From Gammaproteobacteria bacterium (GTDB lineage: Bacteria; Pseudomonadota; Gammaproteobacteria; JAKDMP01), in assembly GCA_049581885.1 (NCBI GenBank), contig JBAUSV010000200.1, positions 1 to 62,305 on the forward strand: a stretch of DNA of 62,305 bases, written 5' to 3'. Every line of letters begins with the position of its first letter. Positions within the stretch are counted from its first letter, which is position 1. Below, one piece after another: positions 60,565 to 62,305 of the stretch. A program made the translations under genes and the position numbers. The notes under the pieces were generated by a model that saw only the letters and a list, made by a program, of their open reading frames with translations, searched no databases and was not told where the DNA came from.

Positions 60565-61353
60565 TCAATGGTATTGCTGCGACTTCGGAGGAGGCCAAAA
60601 ATCATGAGCTTTGAGAAAATCGACTACTCTTTGCAGAGATTTCCACAAATGCCCTGATTTTGCCATGGTTTTCTCAGAAAGGCCTACAGAAAACCTTATA
60701 TCCTTCCCCCACTTATCCTGAAGACGAAAATTGGCTCCAGCCTCTAACAATTCATATACCGCATCGTATTGATTTAGCATAGCTGCTGCCATAAGCGCAG
60801 TTTCACCTTCATCGTCCTGATGATTCAAATCTGCTCCCGCTTTAATGAGCAAGGCTATATTCTGCTTCCCGTCGGGCCGAACCGCAAAAAACAGCGGTGT
60901 TTCACCTGACCGAGGCGCGACTAGATTAGGATCTCCACCATATTTCAATGCAAGTCCCATAAAATCTTTGCTCGAATAACCCGCAATATCATTCAGTAGC
61001 GTCTGCCCATCATCGTCGATGAAGTTCGGATTTGCCCCATGCTCCAGTAACGCCTTGAAGCCTCTTTTATTTCGGACCTGAAAAGCCGAGAACAGCGGTG
61101 TTTCTCCAAACCGTCCTGTACCGTTTACGTTCACTCCTTTCGCAATCAGGGTGTCGATCTTCCTGGTGTCTCCATGCTGGGCGGCACTCGCTAAGGATCT
61201 CAGCCCCGGGTCGGAAAATAGCTCGGCGGGCGTCATCAGATCGATGGGCTTGCCGGATTCGAATTTGTCAGCGTCGCCGGCACAGCCGCCCAGAACAACT
61301 AAAGTCGCTGTAATGGCTACCAGAACGGCAGATTTTCGCCAACGCTCTTTCAT
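60565..61353 (-). CDS. ankyrin-repeat lipoprotein
   Basis: Lipobox LVVLGGC. About five ankyrin repeats (G.TPL..A......KALLEHGANPN, GETALMAAA...VYELLEAGAN). Confidence 0.8.
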   Translation of the reverse strand: MKERWRKSAVLVAITATLVVLGGCAGDADKFESGKPIDLMTPAELFSDPGLRSLASAAQHGDTRKIDTLIAKGVNVNGTGRFGETPLFSAFQVRNKRGFKALLEHGANPNFIDDDGQTLLNDIAGYSSKDFMGLALKYGGDPNLVAPRSGETPLFFAVRPDGKQNIALLIKAGADLNHQDDEGETALMAAAMLNQYDAVYELLEAGANFRLQDKWGKDIRFSVGLSEKTMAKSGHLWKSLQRVVDFLKAHDFWPPPKSQQYH

Positions 61354-61618
61354 CAGCGCAACCCCGCTCTGTTGTTGCTGTTTTAAGGCATATTACCGCG
61401 ATACTCGACAAGGTGTTCCGAATGGCCGATTCTGGCCAATCGCTACGTCTGCTTTGGGTCGGTTTTACCCGTTCGGCCATCGATAAAGCAGACAGTCGGA
61501 TTCCCCTTGACCTGCGCCGAGCCAGAGGTGGTTCTACCACATAATCCGAGATATAAATTGATATCTTCCAGCGCTGAATGTGAAAAATCCCTACCACTTA
61601 GTCCGGATAACAAAAAAT

Positions 61619-62305
61619 TCAATGCAGGCGCGGCGGTTTATCTATATCTTCTTGCTCGCGTTCCCATTCCGTCTCGCCGTGGGGCTGCGTATGTTGTTCT
61701 TTCAGCGACGGCGGGCGCTGCCAAAGATCGCCGATAACAGGATCTTCGCTGTCGTCGAGTTCCACTTCCCAAGTGTAGCGTTTGCGCGGTGGTCTCGGAT
61801 CGAGTCGGAACAACGTGAGCGCACAGATCAGTCCCATAATGGCACCCCAGGCATGTGATTCCCAGGAGATATGCACATCGCCGTTGGGCACGATTGCGAC
61901 CAGCGCCGTGCCGTAAAGAAAAGCAACAGCGCAAGTGATGGCGGCCGACGTGCGGTCGCGGCGCAACATACCGGCGACGATAAGGAAGACGATGAAGCCC
62001 ATCACCAACCCGCTCGCCCCGATGTGAAAGGCGGGCCGCCCGGTGAACCACACGCCGATGCCGGTGCCTATCCACACTACGGGAATCACGACACGGCTGG
62101 CACGCGGGTATCCGTAGAGCAAGGCCGTACCGAGAATCAGCACCGGCCCCGTATTGGCTAGCAGGTGCTCCCAGGAGGCGTGCAGCAACGGTGCGAAGAC
62201 GATCCCGACGAGGCCGAACAAGACATGCGGCTGGATACCCAGCTGGCCCCAATCCCATCCGCCGAGGCTCTCGATGAGACGGATCCACCACAGCACGGCG
62301 ACGAA
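61619..62305 (-). CDS. rhomboid-family intramembrane serine protease; 5' end probably beyond window
   Basis: HASWEHLLANT, catalytic GASGLVMG, and a later H in a TM segment (ESHAWGAIMG). The frame stays open to the window edge; the first in-window start is GTG 62296. Confidence 0.8.
   Translation of the reverse strand, partial: FVAVLWWIRLIESLGGWDWGQLGIQPHVLFGLVGIVFAPLLHASWEHLLANTGPVLILGTALLYGYPRASRVVIPVVWIGTGIGVWFTGRPAFHIGASGLVMGFIVFLIVAGMLRRDRTSAAITCAVAFLYGTALVAIVPNGDVHISWESHAWGAIMGLICALTLFRLDPRPPRKRYTWEVELDDSEDPVIGDLWQRPPSLKEQHTQPHGETEWEREQEDIDKPPRLH

Overview
GC-rich Gram-negative chromosomal segment (FadL-type porin, RND and MacAB-type pumps, lipoproteins). About 50 protein genes; I found no rRNA, tRNA or CRISPR array. 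Three parts are visible. (1) 1-6.1 kb: a 5'-truncated H+-type P-ATPase, ackA, a phosphoketolase reduced to a 96-codon in-frame remnant, a beta-CASP metallo-beta-lactamase nuclease, and a decayed IS30 element. An AT-richer islet with a stand-alone HD-GYP gene follows. (2) 7.2-43.5 kb: mostly core genes. These are GST, ribE, ribD, nrdR, glyA, ettA, gcvR-like, bcp, PIN-PhoH, FadL, MAPEG, a CrtI-like oxidoreductase, pdxH, two paralogous APC permeases and a GMC oxidoreductase. Several less ordinary same-strand clusters are interspersed. One is an ABC system with a duplicated permease and no binding protein. One is a seven-gene MacAB-like cluster preceded by two tandem 3-TM paralogues and a Yip1-like protein and followed by a GDPD enzyme. 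One is a MerR / thioredoxin-fold / DUF4396 / CopA / DUF302 metal operon. One is a class IV aminotransferase / P-loop sulfotransferase-like / APC permease trio. A GH92 mannosidase-like gene ends this part. (3) 43.9-62.3 kb: starts at a second truncated IS30 copy and looks accessory. It holds an RND pump with a non-canonical proton relay and no outer-membrane or regulator gene, a tricorn-like protease, a BNR/Asp-box beta-propeller protein, SDR plus CrtQ-like GT2, and an AT-richer trio of orphan envelope proteins next to a rhomboid protease. The trio is an N-terminally anchored unknown, a lipoprotein with three TonB_C-like domains, and an ankyrin lipoprotein. No canonical defence, secretion or toxin system is recognisable. 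The best candidates for something undescribed are the extended MacAB-like cluster (26.2-31.4 kb) and the envelope-protein islet (58.0-61.4 kb); both rest on inference only. All family calls come from motif recognition by eye, not searches.
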